In this document: one piece after another, positions 1 to 12,400 of the stretch
How the letters are laid out: every line of letters starts with the position of its first letter
Numbering within the stretch: the stretch's first letter is position 1
Source of the DNA: Rhizophagus irregularis
Lineage: Eukaryota
Direction of reading: 5' to 3'
Length of the DNA stretch: 64,000 bases
Assembly (NCBI RefSeq): GCF_026210795.1
Contig: NC_089429.1
Location: 3,534,001 to 3,598,000, forward strand
The notes under the pieces: model-generated
Told to the model about the DNA's origin: nothing
Seen by the model: only the letters and a program-made list of their open reading frames with translations
Database searches by the model: none
Translations under genes and position numbers: made by a program

Positions 1-1326
1 GCCAATTTCTTAAGCAATCCCTCACTTTGAGGATAGCGATGAGCTATTAGCAATAAATGAAATTAAAGACTACTGAACTGAGAAACTGCCTAAAAAACAT
101 ATTCATGTCTTAGTCTCTTTGCCAGATAGAGTCTACCGCCACTTCAAGCCGTGAGCAGGAACTGCTTGAGGAGATCGCCTCATTGAAGGAGAAACTTAGC
201 AAGTCTGAATATGGTACATATTTTTTCCTTACCTGAGGTTGCTAAAATCTTCAGGTCATGAGGCTGTTTGAACTTTATTAACTCGTCTGATACATTACAG
301 AGTTCGACATTATTGTCAGCAAACTAAAACAGAAGGCAAATAAGTGGACTGTAAATATTGAGCAAGGAACTCTCAGTGATTTCAAAGATTATATACGTGA
401 ATTGTATAAACTACCAGTATTTGAAAATGATGGGGCAGTGCTCAACTTCATGAATAATGAGAGGAAATATTACCCTAGGAATGATGTCACATTCCAGAAA
501 ATGTTGCAGTTGCTAGTATCAAAGAATAATCTCAAGTTTACTGTATTCATTGAGACTCCCTTGAAACCATTCAACAAGTGGACCTTCCCAAAAGTGTGTC
601 AACTCTATGGGCTTAGTGATAATCCAAATCCTAGTATTGATGTTTATCCCGTTTTTAAATTTAGTTGTGTGGACACAAAGAATGAAAAGTATGGAGAGGT
701 ATTACAAAAGCTTTTTGATAAATTGGAGACTCATGTCACAATAACATTTATTGACGTATCTTACAAGGTCACAAAAAGTATCTATTCATATTCCTTTCTC
801 ACTTCAGCAACTTTTCCATTTAAAAGCCAAATAAAAATAGTACCCAAAAAGTTGGTCGAAGGAAAAAACAAACATGGGAATCTTGATTTTGGAATTGAAT
901 CATGTACAACTGGGAGAACAGTTGGCCTGATCGAAATCAAAAAAATGATTTTAAGCAGGGCTTGGCTCAAGCCACCATACAGATGGAATCTTCACTAGGC
1001 CATAAGCGCAAAGCAAAAGAAATAGATAATGAATATAGTTTGGATAAAGTATGGGAGATTGTAATAGATGTAGAGAAATGGTACTTCATGAAATATACGT
1101 AAGACAGTAAAAGAATCATATATCATTTAAGTTGTCGAAGCCCTTATTTGTTATATATGATGGTGAGGATATGAAAGGCATGGTGGAAAACTTTCTTGGT
1201 CACATTTTATAGTTACTTGAAAAAGTGCAGAAACTGGTGAAAGCTTTAGAAGAATCGAGAAAAATAAAAAGAGTAAAGTCAGGCGAGTTACCAAAGGTAA
1301 CCAATCTTAAGGGGAAAACGAATTAG
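1..1326 (+). pseudogene. Crinkler (CRN)-family effector-like pseudogene with C-terminal PD-(D/E)xK nuclease-like domain; 5' end outside window
   Basis: Frame at ~32-114 reads DSDELLAINEIKDY*TEKLPKKHIHVLV, the HVLV motif that ends the CRN N-terminal domain. GT-AG intron at ~213-300. C-terminal part reads GNLDFGIE...GLIEIKK-(frameshift)-DFKQGLAQATIQMESSL. In-frame stops and a frameshift near 945. Confidence 0.75.
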
Positions 1327-1511
1327 AATTTAGGAATAGAAATTTTATCATATACCACAGGCAATGTTCTGAACATTTGTATTTATTTTTTGCATATATT
1401 AATAAAAATTTATTCTTGGCAAAATTTCAGCTAAAGCACCCTGGCCAAAAAACACGTTTTTTTTATTTTGAATACTTATATACAGTATATTAGTTTTATA
1501 TATTATAAATC

Positions 1512-2013
1512 ATGTCATCAGAACTTGAATTATTGAAATAGCGTATCACTGAACTTGAGGCTGAGAATTCCGGTTTTAGAATCAAGCTCTTAGTGTCTGA
1601 AGTCTGATGCTGAAATAGCTGAATTTAAACGCAAGAATACTGAGTTTCTAAAAGCGAATAAGAAATATAATGAGAGGTATGATGCTGAAAATGCAAAACT
1701 CAGGGTTAGAATCAAGGAGATGGAATCTGAGTTTGGAGATAGAATCACGAAAGTGGAACAGAATCAGTTGCAAAACGATAATTCAGTTACAAAGCAGTTA
1801 CCTATGGTAGCACATTATGAAAAGCCATTGGTGGATAAAGAAATGGATACTTCTTTACCCGAAGAACCAACACCAGAAGTATCACCTACCAATATACCTG
1901 ACTCTCAGTTTGAGCAATGTAAGCCTGTTTGCAAAATAAATAATGCAGTATCAAAGGTACCTGTCAGCTCTAAGATATCAGAAGAAAGAGAAACTGGACT
2001 TGGATATGTGTAA
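1512..2013 (+). pseudogene. Coiled-coil 'MSSELELLK.RITELEAEN' multigene-family member, disrupted and 3'-truncated
   Basis: ATG at 1512 gives MSSELELLK*RITELEAENSG..., continuing into ORF 1720-2013. The reading frame runs directly into the micro-exon array at ~1993. Confidence 0.55.
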
Positions 2014-2400
2014 AGAAAAAGAAAAAAGAATTTTTTTTAATATTAAGAAATGTACTAACGTTTCTTTCTTTATTTTTTTGTAAGGCTAGGACGCCGAACT
2101 CTTAAAAACGAATCCAGACTTAAAAATGTAAGGAATAGGGGAGGGAGAATTGATTTTTAAATATATATTAAAGAAATGTACTAACGTTTCTTTCTTTGTT
2201 TTTATTGTAGGATTAAGACGCCAGACTCTTGGAAATGAATCTGGACTTGGATAATGTAAGGAATGGGAAGGGAATTGGTTTTTTAATATTATTGTAATTT
2301 TATTTTTGTTTTTTTTTTAGGTCAGACTACTATTTTTTGTAGAACGCCAAACCCGGACTTGAAATATAAGGAATATGGGAAGGGAAAGATAAAATTATTT
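1993..2400 (+). repeat. Micro-exon/intron tandem array A (~4 units, ~125 bp period)
   Basis: Repeated exon core GACGCC..ACTCTT..AA.GAATC..GACTT, GTAAGG donors, TACTAAC at 2053 and 2179 inside AAGAAATGT-ACTA-ACGTTTCTT, then poly-pyrimidine tract and AG. Confidence 0.75.
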
Positions 2401-2479
2401 ATATTTCTGAACTTGTATAATATTTAGTTAGATCTTTTCAATAACGGGTTTAATAACATGATTTAAAATATTTTTTTTT

Positions 2480-3145
2480 ATACAGTTTTTAAAACTCTTT
2501 AAACTCCATATGGGAAGGGTTCATATGCCGGGATATCTAATAGAAAATTTTTTTTAAGAGATTTCCTAAGATTTGTATAGGATATTTTTGATAAATAAAG
2601 ATTTTTTTTTTTGAAACTTCTAAATTTCATATGGGAAGAGTTTGTATGGGATATCTGATAGAAAATTTTTTTTTTAAGAGATTTTCTAAGAGTTCATATA
2701 GAAAGGGTTCATATGGGATATCTGAGATTTCCTAAGATTTGTATAGGATATTTTTAATAAACAGAGATTTTTTTTTTTTGAGATTTCTAAATATTCGTAT
2801 AGAAAGAATTTGTATGGAATATTTTGATAAAGATTTTCTAAGAGTTTGTATGGAAAGAGTTTGTATGGGATATTTTAATAGAGATTTTTTTGTGAAATTT
2901 TTTAGGGTTCATATGGGATATCTTTGATTGATAGAGATTTCTTTTTTGTAAAATTTTTTAGAGTTTGTATGGATGTTTTTGATAGAAAATTTTTTTTGAG
3001 ATTTTCTAAGATTCGTATAGAAAATAGAGATTTATTTTTTTGAGATTTTCTAAGATTCGTATAGGAAATAAAAATTCTTTTTTTAAAATTTTCTAAGAAT
3101 TTGTATGAGATATTTTTAATAGAGAATTTTTTTATAATTCGTAAC
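2480..3145. repeat. Degenerate minisatellite (units about 45-60 bp)
   Basis: Many imperfect copies of GAGATTTTCTAAGA(G/T)TT(C/T)GTAT(A/G)GGA...ATATTTTTGATAGA. Confidence 0.7.
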
Positions 3146-3904
3146 ATTAAATAAAAAATAATATACTTTTTATTAAATTTATATTAAATAAATTAATATT
3201 ATTAAACAATTTTAAAAAAATTTAGGTCTCCGAAAATCAAGGTAAAATTTGATACAAATTTAAAAGGTCATTATATATAAGGTAAAATTATGAGACGAGT
3301 AAATTCGATATTTATCTATTATTAACCAATTAAAATTCGGTCTGATCTTTATGCACGTGACCTGATCTTAACATGCATATAAATTACCAAACTAGAGTTT
3401 GTTTATTTTTCAAAAAATATACACGCTTTTTCTTTTCTGTTTTTTTCTTACTCTTTTTACATTTTACAGGTATATTTTTGTCATTAAATTTATTGTACTG
3501 ACTATATTTTATTTTATAATATTAACTTTATCATTTTTTAATATTACTAATGTTTCTTTTTTTTTATATTACTAATGTTATTCTTTTTTTTATATATTTT
3601 ACTAATATCATCATGTATTTTTCTTTTTTTTATCAAACTCTTCATAATACTAACTTTGTATTTGTACTTTACTATGATTACTAACTTTTATATTTACACT
3701 TTACTATTTATTAAATATTACTAACTTTATCAGTTATATACTAACATCTGTCTTCAAATATTACATCATTTTGTAGTATAAAGTATTTAAAAAAGATTAT
3801 GAATGGTTTTTATTTTAAATATTAATAAATAAAGACACTATGTATTTTATTGTTTGTAAAGTTTATAATTTTAATAAATATTATAATGTGCTGTAATAAA
3901 TTTC

Positions 3905-4250
3905 ATAAATTAACCCATAAATTGACTATCAATATAATTGACCATAAATTGACTATCGATTGACCATAAATTGACCATTGATTGACTATAAGTTGACTAT
4001 TGATTGATCATAAATTGACCATCAAATTGACTATCAATCAGTCACCAATCTGACACCAATCAGTCACCAATCAGTATATCAATCTGTCATCAATTGAACT
4101 GCCCAGTTGGTGTCAGATTTTGGCAGAAATTGGATGCCAATCGGGCAGCCCGATTGGTATCTGATTGAGACAATCAGTTACCAATCAGTCACAAATCGGA
4201 TACCCAATTGATGACTGATTGATGACTGATTTGACATTTTTTAACTTGTG
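3905..4250 (-). mobile_element. CACTA-like element end with subterminal repeats
   Basis: Runs of ATTGACCATAA and CACCAATCAGT ending in ...TTTTTTAACTTGTG. Reverse complement CACAAGTTAAAAAATGTCAAATC resembles the terminus-like TACTAGTCGAACGATGTCAAATC at 9111. Confidence 0.5.
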
Positions 4251-4821
4251 AAAGAAGCATTTCTGGGCGAAATATTCAGACCAGTATTTAACAATATTGT
4301 AATGTTAAGTAATATACTTGACTTAATAGTTGAATACTACATGGCAAGCTACGAAATGATGGAATTTCAGAAACTATTTGGAAAGCAAAGGTGCAGAAGA
4401 TTTGATAATAGTTCAAGTTAAAATGAATCAATTTGGAAGATGCCGAATTAGTTCTGAAATATTCAGCTCTTCGATATCATCACATAATGTAAAAAGCTCA
4501 TTTATCTTGGCAAAATTTATGACAGAAAGTGGTGATATCGATTGCTATTCTAGACAAGTTTAATACTTCTTTACACATGCCGTTAATTTGCCAGATGAGT
4601 TATCCAAATATAATCTAGCATTTATTCACTGATATAAACCTGCAGAATTATCAAATATTCAGTATCATTTTAGAGTTAGAGATGATAAAATATGCAATGA
4701 TATTGAATTATGGGATACCAAGTTTTACTTAGAATTCCGTGACTGTATTATTCCAGTTCATCATATTCTTGGCCGATTTATATCAACGAAATACCAAATT
4801 TCAGGCAGAAGAAGTTCAAAC

Positions 4822-7376
4822 CAGGGCCGATGATTTTATTTGATCATATAATTTCACATTAAACGCATAATTTATGTGATATCACATAATTCCTGTATAT
4901 CAAATCATAAAATCACATAATATAGGATCTTCCTATGTTAAATCACATAATCCGCAGTAAATATAAATTCAGCTTCAGATGATTATCAATTATCTTCGAT
5001 CTCTTTTTTCGTTATAAATATTATGCCGCCAAAAAAAAGCAAAGTCGTTTCAGTTTACACCAGATGTAATGAATATAAAGACATTTTTCATGTTGATGAT
5101 AATATTCTCTTCTGTAATTACTGTAATGTTTCTGTGGAATGGAAGCATAAATCTGTTGTAGATAACCACTGTAAAAGTCAGAAACATATATCAAATGTGA
5201 GAAGTCAAGAAGAAAGCCACAATAGAACACAGCAACTTACTCTCTCGTCTACTCGAGCAGCTTCTGAGTCAAAGAACCAACTTATTGAAGACCTTATAGA
5301 AGCATTTGCAATAGCAGACATTCCTCTTGAAAAAGTCAATTCTTTACTTCCATTTTTTAAAAAACATGTTAAAAATGGAGGCTCTATTCCCCACGCTCCT
5401 ACTCTTAGACAAAATTATTTACCTAATATTTTTGACAAGTATTATCAATCTCTTAAATTACTTTTTGATTCAAAACCCGTGGCTATAATTATGGATGAAA
5501 CCACTGATGATTGTGCTCGAAGCGTTGTTAATACTCTTTTTTGTTATTGTCATGAAACAAAATTAGTTTCAGTCGATTTTCTTGAACGCGTAACAAATAC
5601 TACAATGGGATAAGTTCTTACAACAATTCTTACTCATTTCAATATATCTTTTAATTTGCCACGTTTATTTCTATCAGATTCAGCGGCTTATATGAAAAAA
5701 TGCTATCGTGAAGTCTTGTTACCATTGATGCCACAATTAATTCATGTTCCGTGTTGTGCACATATTATAAATCTTATCGGGTATGTTTATCAAATTATTT
5801 TCGTGAGTATAAAAAAATTTAATAGGATAATTAGTTTTTCTTATAGAGATTTTTGGTTTGGGTTTTGTTACAATCACTATTATTATTATTTTTGATTCGA
5901 TAATAATTATTTTACATTATATTAATTTATTACGATAATAATTAGTATATCATTAATTTATTATATATTTATTACATCATTTTTCATAATAATTAGTATT
6001 ATTATTACATCATTTTGCCTATATAGTTAAATTATGAATAGATTAGACAGAATTTTTTGAATAATAAAAAAAAACATTTGAATTTTGATCTTATAATATT
6101 GTTTTGTTCTTTGACCTCCTTTTTTTTGTTGCTTATTTGATTTTTTTGAGTTCGTTTTGCTGAGATTTGATCTTTCTTTTGTTGTACTAAATTAATAGTG
6201 ATACGTGGAGAACATTATCTCAGTTTAATATTTTGAAAAGTTTATTGGATAAAATTAAAGAGGTTTTCGTCCATTCTCCTGCCTGAAGAGGCCGATATTT
6301 AGCTTATTTGAAAATGCATGGAATTTTTTCACCATGCAAAATTCCTTTATATAACAAAACTCGTTGGAATTCTTGGTTTCGGATGGTAATTTATGCAAAG
6401 GAACACATCATCTATTGGCCTTCTTTTTTTAAAGAAGAATTTGATAATGACAAGAAACACGTTATATTGATGGCCATTAATTCTTGTCTACAGAATGAAA
6501 AAGAATCAGGCATCATTACCATTTATCTTAATTTCATTTCTTTTTACGCTAAAGAATTCATTCAAGATCTCGATTTTTTCCAGTAATTAAATAAACCTAT
6601 TTTTCCTCTTGTTGAATTACGACTTCAACAGTTCACTTCTTATATCGAAATGTATAGGAATTCAAACGATTTTGGCCCTTCTTTGGAAAATTTAATAATC
6701 CAGCTTCGATTTAATCCAAACGATTTCTATGCTATTTTCAGATTGGCCTTTGAAACAGCTTACAGCAAATTTTCTGCCCATATTTCTAATCATCCAACTC
6801 GACCACTCTTTCATGCATGCCAAGTTTTTGATCCTAGATATATTCATGCTGGAGACCTTTTACGAAAGAACATTCGGCAGTACAATATAATTAAGGAATT
6901 CGCTAACCCATCAGATGAATTATTACGAGAATGGGGAATTTATTGTGGCTTAGATAATGAATTTTTAGGTGAAATCAAATTGGATCAATATTGGTTAAAT
7001 AAGGCAACGCAATTGCCAATCCTTTCTAATATTGCTTTGGATTATATTTGGCTGCCGATATCAAGTTGTACTGTTGAACGGAGCTTTTCTATGTACAATT
7101 CTCTTTTGGATAATGATCGGCAAAGTTTGTCTAAAGATTCTCTTAAGGGATTAAGTATGTTGTACTTTAATGGTGTTTAAAATATGAGGAATTAAAATTA
7201 AATGATAAATTTTATAAAATTATCACATCTTTATTATACATAAAATCAAATAATTATATAAATTTATCAAATAATATCACATAAAATAATAAAAATTAAA
7301 AAAAATCTTATCACATAATTTGGTTATAACACATAAATAATCTATGTTATATCACATCATAAAATCATCAGCCCTG
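4822..7376 (+). mobile_element. Full-length hAT DNA transposon
   Basis: 18-bp TIRs CAGGGC(C/T)GATGATTTTAT with 1 mismatch. Perfect 8-bp TSD GTTCAAAC at 4814-4821 and 7377-7384. Subterminal ATCACATAA repeats. Confidence 0.93.
5023..7180 (+). pseudogene. hAT transposase with CGGBP1-type BED zinc finger; one intron; three in-frame stops
   Basis: LFCNYC...DNHCKSQKH zinc finger; IIMDETTD, LSDSAAYM, CCAH and TRWNSW motifs; C-terminal SSCTVERSFS dimerisation region. Stops at 5611, ~6285 and 6584. Intron at ~5782-6198. Confidence 0.88.
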
Positions 7377-8339
7377 GTTCAAACGTCTATTTAGCGGTAA
7401 ATCCAATCAATAGAAAATTTTATATTCGCTGAAATTAGTATCTTTTTTGAACTTTATTTTAATGAAATGACATATAATTTCAAATAATACAAATATCGAA
7501 ATTTATTAAATGTTAACAGTTAAAACAATACAATACAAATATCAGAATTTATTAAATGTCAAATTTACATATAATATAATTATCAAAATGTCAAAATATT
7601 ATAATGCGCAAACATTGAAATTTGAAACAACTAAATATCAGAATTTTGCACCACAAATCAGCTATGCCAAATGTCATCTGTTATGCAGCCGATTATCAAT
7701 CATATCCAAAATTGGAATTTTGCACTGCAAATCAGCTATGTCAAATGTCAGCTAATTATTGATCATATACAAAATTTAGCCAAAATTTAACCAAAATTTG
7801 GCCAATTTGTCTTACTTCTGATTTGCCTTATTTCAACTAGTATTTTTTTTATTATTTTTTTTTATTTATAGTATGACTGGTCAAAACTTTATGTTAACAT
7901 TGTGTCTGTATAAGATTCAAGTAAGAGAAGTTCCCCATTTCTGCTGTGCAATGAGAATATCTAGGCATACTTGTGTCAAATAACACTTCATACCAAAGAG
8001 AAATAAAACAAAAACAAAAAAAAATGAAAAATAAAAAATAAAAGGTAAAAGCCGATAACGAAACCCTATAATATAACTACTACATTCCTAAAACTAGGTC
8101 CCACTGATCATTCTGTATAGAATTCCTCAAAATACTCCTAATTTTCTTAGCATTAATCTAATTTCAGCTAAAACAGTTAGTTTCACTGGTCAAAATAAAA
8201 ACTTTCAATCATGTGACAAATCGGCTGATCTGTCATACATTTCGGCCAAATTTTGAAAATTATTAAAAATTGGCCAAATTTTGACATATATGATTTATGG
8301 TTGATTTATTGAATTATTTAATCAAACGTTATACGTTAT

Positions 8340-9110
8340 GCGTTACGCATATTAAAAGTTTAAAAAAGAATCATCTTATACATCCTTTTTTAAACTTTTT
8401 TTAATTTTTTTCTTTCCCTCCCTTTTCCTTTCCTTCATTCCCCTTCTCTGTTTCCCCTTCTTCCTCTTTCCCTTCCTTCCCTTTTTCTTCCTTTCCCTTC
8501 TCCCTTTCACTTTTTTTACTTTTTTTTTATAGGTTCGGCTTTCAAGTGGGCTTCCAAAGTACTGAAATTCCAAAGATTCGTAAATATGAATACTTTGGAG
8601 TTTATTTTATTTTTTTAATATGAACGGTTACTAACCGTTCTTTTTTCTTTTTTTTTAGGTTTGGCCATTCAGATAATTTCTGAAGAATGGAAAAAACCAA
8701 GTTTTATAAGTTTGGAACTTGGTTTATTTTTTTTTAATATTATGAATGGTTATTAACCGTTCTTTTTCTTTTATTTTTTATAGGTTTGGCGTCTCAGGTA
8801 GGGCTTCTGAGTTCTGAAGAATGAAAAAAACCAAGATTTGTAAGTATATATGAATCTTGGTTTTAATTTTTTTGTTTTTTTAATTTTATTAATGAATGGT
8901 TACTAATAACCGTTTCTTTTTTTATTTTTTAGGTTTGGGTGGGCTTTTAAAGAACAAACCCCCAAAGATAAAGATTCGTAAATATGAATCTTTACTTTTT
9001 TTTCTTTTTCTTTTAATTTTATTAATAAACGGTTACTAATAACCATTCTTTTCTTTATTTTTTTAGGTGCGGTGGGTTTCTGATAAATGAAAACCTAAAG
9101 ATAAAGATTT
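8340..9110 (+). repeat. Leader hairpin plus micro-exon/intron tandem array B (5 exons), ~150-350 bp inside a CACTGGTCAAAA terminus at 8184
   Basis: Exons of ~45-56 nt (GTTTGG...GGGCTTC.GAAGAA.GGAAAAACCAAGATTC), GTAA(G/A)T donors, GAACGGTTACTAACCGTTC branch palindrome, poly-T and TAG acceptors. Confidence 0.8.
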
Positions 9111-9445
9111 TACTAGTCGAACGATGTCAAATCGAGGACCAATCAGGTGACCGAATTCCACCTGATTAGTTCCTATTTTTTAAAAATTTTCATCAATCGG
9201 TAACCCTGATTGCTGCCAAAAGATGGTGCAAAAGGAAGATACTCAGGTACTAATCAGGATATTCAATAGAGTACAATCGGGTATTAATAGTTACCAATAG
9301 AATATTTACTATTTAACATATCAGTATACCGATTTATAGCTTTTTGATAAATTTATAACAATAAGAAATCTTCTGATTGCCATACATTTTTATTTAAAAA
9401 TTTACAAAAATTTACGATTTTATTTAAAATATTTAAAATATTTAA

Positions 9446-12400
9446 TTCGTGATTTGCCGATTACGGGATGTTGATCATATATGCATGTAATAATCAAGGC
9501 GGGGATAATCAATATATTTGAACGAGTATACTTGTAACAATCTGACAACGCGTTATTAAATATTATAACAAACTGTTTAAACATGTCAAAACGGTGGAAA
9601 CCTTCAGTAACATTGATTGCTACTGGTATAATTATTCCCGACTTACACTTTGGGCCTTTTTTAAGAAACTGGTGGCATGTTAGATCGTTACAGGAGAACG
9701 GAATGAAAGTAGAACAATACTATCCTTTTCGAATTGGTATGAAAACACAGGTTGAGCTGAAAAACAGACCTTTTATTATTCGAATAGTTCAAGGAAATAA
9801 ACATAACAATTTGTTACCGGGATTTTTTTGTGAATCTTTATCTGAATCTAATGAAGAAGTTGAAAATGACCCTACTAGTGCTATTTCAAACCTCTATAAA
9901 AAAATATTTCAAACTGAAACGCGCTTTTCTGGAACATTGGTAATGGGTATGGATGACAATGACATTCTAAGTGAAATTGTATCGGACTTGTCCTTTCTAC
10001 CTTTTTCAATAAATATGCAAAAGATCAATATAACAATACATTCAATTAGCGCGTCAACAAACAAAGGAGTTGGAAGTGGATTCGCATCATCCTTTATCTA
10101 TACCAGGTCTAAAGAACGTGCATTATTTTTCCAAACTGTCAATGAGAATGAAAGTTCCATTTATATTTACAAAGAAAACCAACTATCTGAAGAATTTCAT
10201 GGATCAGATCCTAATAGTGTGTGGAAAAAAATGGGCATGTTAAAAGAATGGTTAGGCGAGACTTTATTTGGCTTAGATAATTCTAACGTAAAAAAAAAAC
10301 TAGAACAATTGAAAAAATTTGTATGTTTTTATAATGAATGGCACGATTATTCAAAAATGGAGCAAATATTCAGATATCATTTACAAAAAAGAACATGTAG
10401 TCAAGTTGATTGGTATTTATTATTTCGGGAATGGAAAGAAAATAATTGTCCAATAATTGAATTACATAGTCAATTAGCTTCGTTATATCCAAATGGTTAT
10501 ATTTTCTCAGAAAGAGAAATGAGAGCATGGCGGGCGATGTTACGTGCTACAGGATGTATCAATATAATACCATTTGATAAAGAAGAATCAGAGGTAAGCT
10601 TTTAAACAAATTTATTACTTTCAATAGCAAAAATCTCACATTAATATTTCACGAATCTGGTGGTGATGGTAATAACTAATGATGGTGGTATATCGTGATA
10701 TAAATTCTGTGATGAACAGCACATGTTAAATTTTGTTCTATTATAAATAAAAAATAATGTTCAACTAATAAATTTTCTTACCAATTATTATAGTATGAAT
10801 TTTGGACGCGATCATCTCGATCCTGAATCAGATAAAGCAATGATAAATATGCTTTATCAAAATGGTTTTTTACGAACAATACCAAGTAATATGTTCAATG
10901 CTACAGAAGTATTCTGGAAAAGTTTTGAGCATAGTTTGAGTTTAAATAAACGTGGCGCTAATGGAAAACAAAGAATACTTTCAATAATTGCAGATAAGTT
11001 TCCTTATAAGGAATTACAAACTAGACTTCATGTAATTATTTTATAATTACCTTTGAATAAATTTTTCGCTAGTTAATTCATTATCTTTTGTAGGTTTCTT
11101 CACATACAATTCACAATGCAAAAATACATGGACGTATATTTGGCAATGGATGTCCAGCTGCACCTAAGCCACCAATGCGAAAAAAAATTATGCCTCAAGA
11201 GCATGAAGATCAATTCGAATGGTTCATGAGCAGTAAAGAAAATGTGAATTTAAGTTCTTACAAGGTCGATGCCAAAACAGGGTTGCCATTAAAATACCTT
11301 AGTGATCAGAAAGAAGCTCTTTGGGAAAAATTTCACAAATTGTACCCTGAAGGAATGAAGAGATCAGCATTTTTGGAAAGATTGAGAAATGGACCATTTG
11401 TATATCAAGAGGATTTGGGCGGACTTTGTAGTACTTGTAGTACATATGGATATGATGTATTTAAGGATTTGGCAAATCTAATTATACAAAATATTGAAAA
11501 TCAAGAACTACAGGTATTATTCCGTCCAATTTTTGTTTCTATAATTATAAATATTCAAAACTAATAACAAAATTGTAAATTAGACGCGTTTACTTAAAAG
11601 TATTGAAAATTCTAAACGATTTCTCAAACGTGATTATCCAAAACACTTACATGTGACATGTGATGGAAAAGTATCGCATGACCCTTGTATTAATCATTGC
11701 CTACCATTTGCATTTGGTAATTGTAATGAGGATCATATATCGAGTGTGTTGAATGTAACGAAATCTTCAATTTATTTGAGGAATTGCGATTATTACTTGG
11801 AGATGAACAACAAGAAACATTGAGAGAATTTCAGGAAATGCTAGAATACTACCTTGCGCACCTAACAAGAAAAGGGTATTTGAACAGTCAATTCAATGCA
11901 AATCTTTTGCAACTTAATAACGATGGTATTCTTATTGTGGTGGACTATAAGATGCGAATACTACCAAAACGAATTCGAGAAACAAAACAAGACTTCTATG
12001 CAAAACGTGGATGGGCACTGCATACTGTTTTGGTATATTCTAAAAATCAAGAAAGCAACGAATTAGAAATTCAAGCATTTGACCATTGGTCAAATGATAA
12101 TAGACAGGACGCATGGTTTACTGCTTCATTCTTTGATGCAGTATTTACCTTACTCGATCCAAAGCCAAAATGGGTTATCGTAATGAGTGATAATGGCCCA
12201 CACTACCATTGTTCAGAAACAATGGCATTGGTTTCAAAATGGGCAGAATGGTATAATATTGAATGTAAAAAGTGGTGTTTTTTAGAGGCAGGCGAAGCTA
12301 AAACCTCAATTGATAGTCACCATGCACAAGTAATAATCATATTTACTTTGCTTTTTTTGACAAATATATTCATTCGAGCAATTCTCATCTCTTTTAATTC

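Larger units (their letters stand above)
4251..7842 (+). mobile_element. 3' remnant of a CACTA/EnSpm-like transposase gene plus element end, split by a hAT insertion
   Basis: Reads ...SSFILAKF...DCYSRQV*YFFTH...DCIIPVHHILGRFISTKYQISGRRSSN|VYLAVNPINRKFYIR* (stop at 7432), homologous to ORF 54630-55502. Terminus-like ...TTTCAACTAGTA ends at 7842. Confidence 0.75.

Noticed and set aside
2739..3147. Short ORFs on both strands
   Set aside because: They are products of the minisatellite, with no domain features.
8376..8573. Lys/Arg-rich ORF on the minus strand
   Set aside because: It is the reverse translation of a pyrimidine tract in the array B leader.
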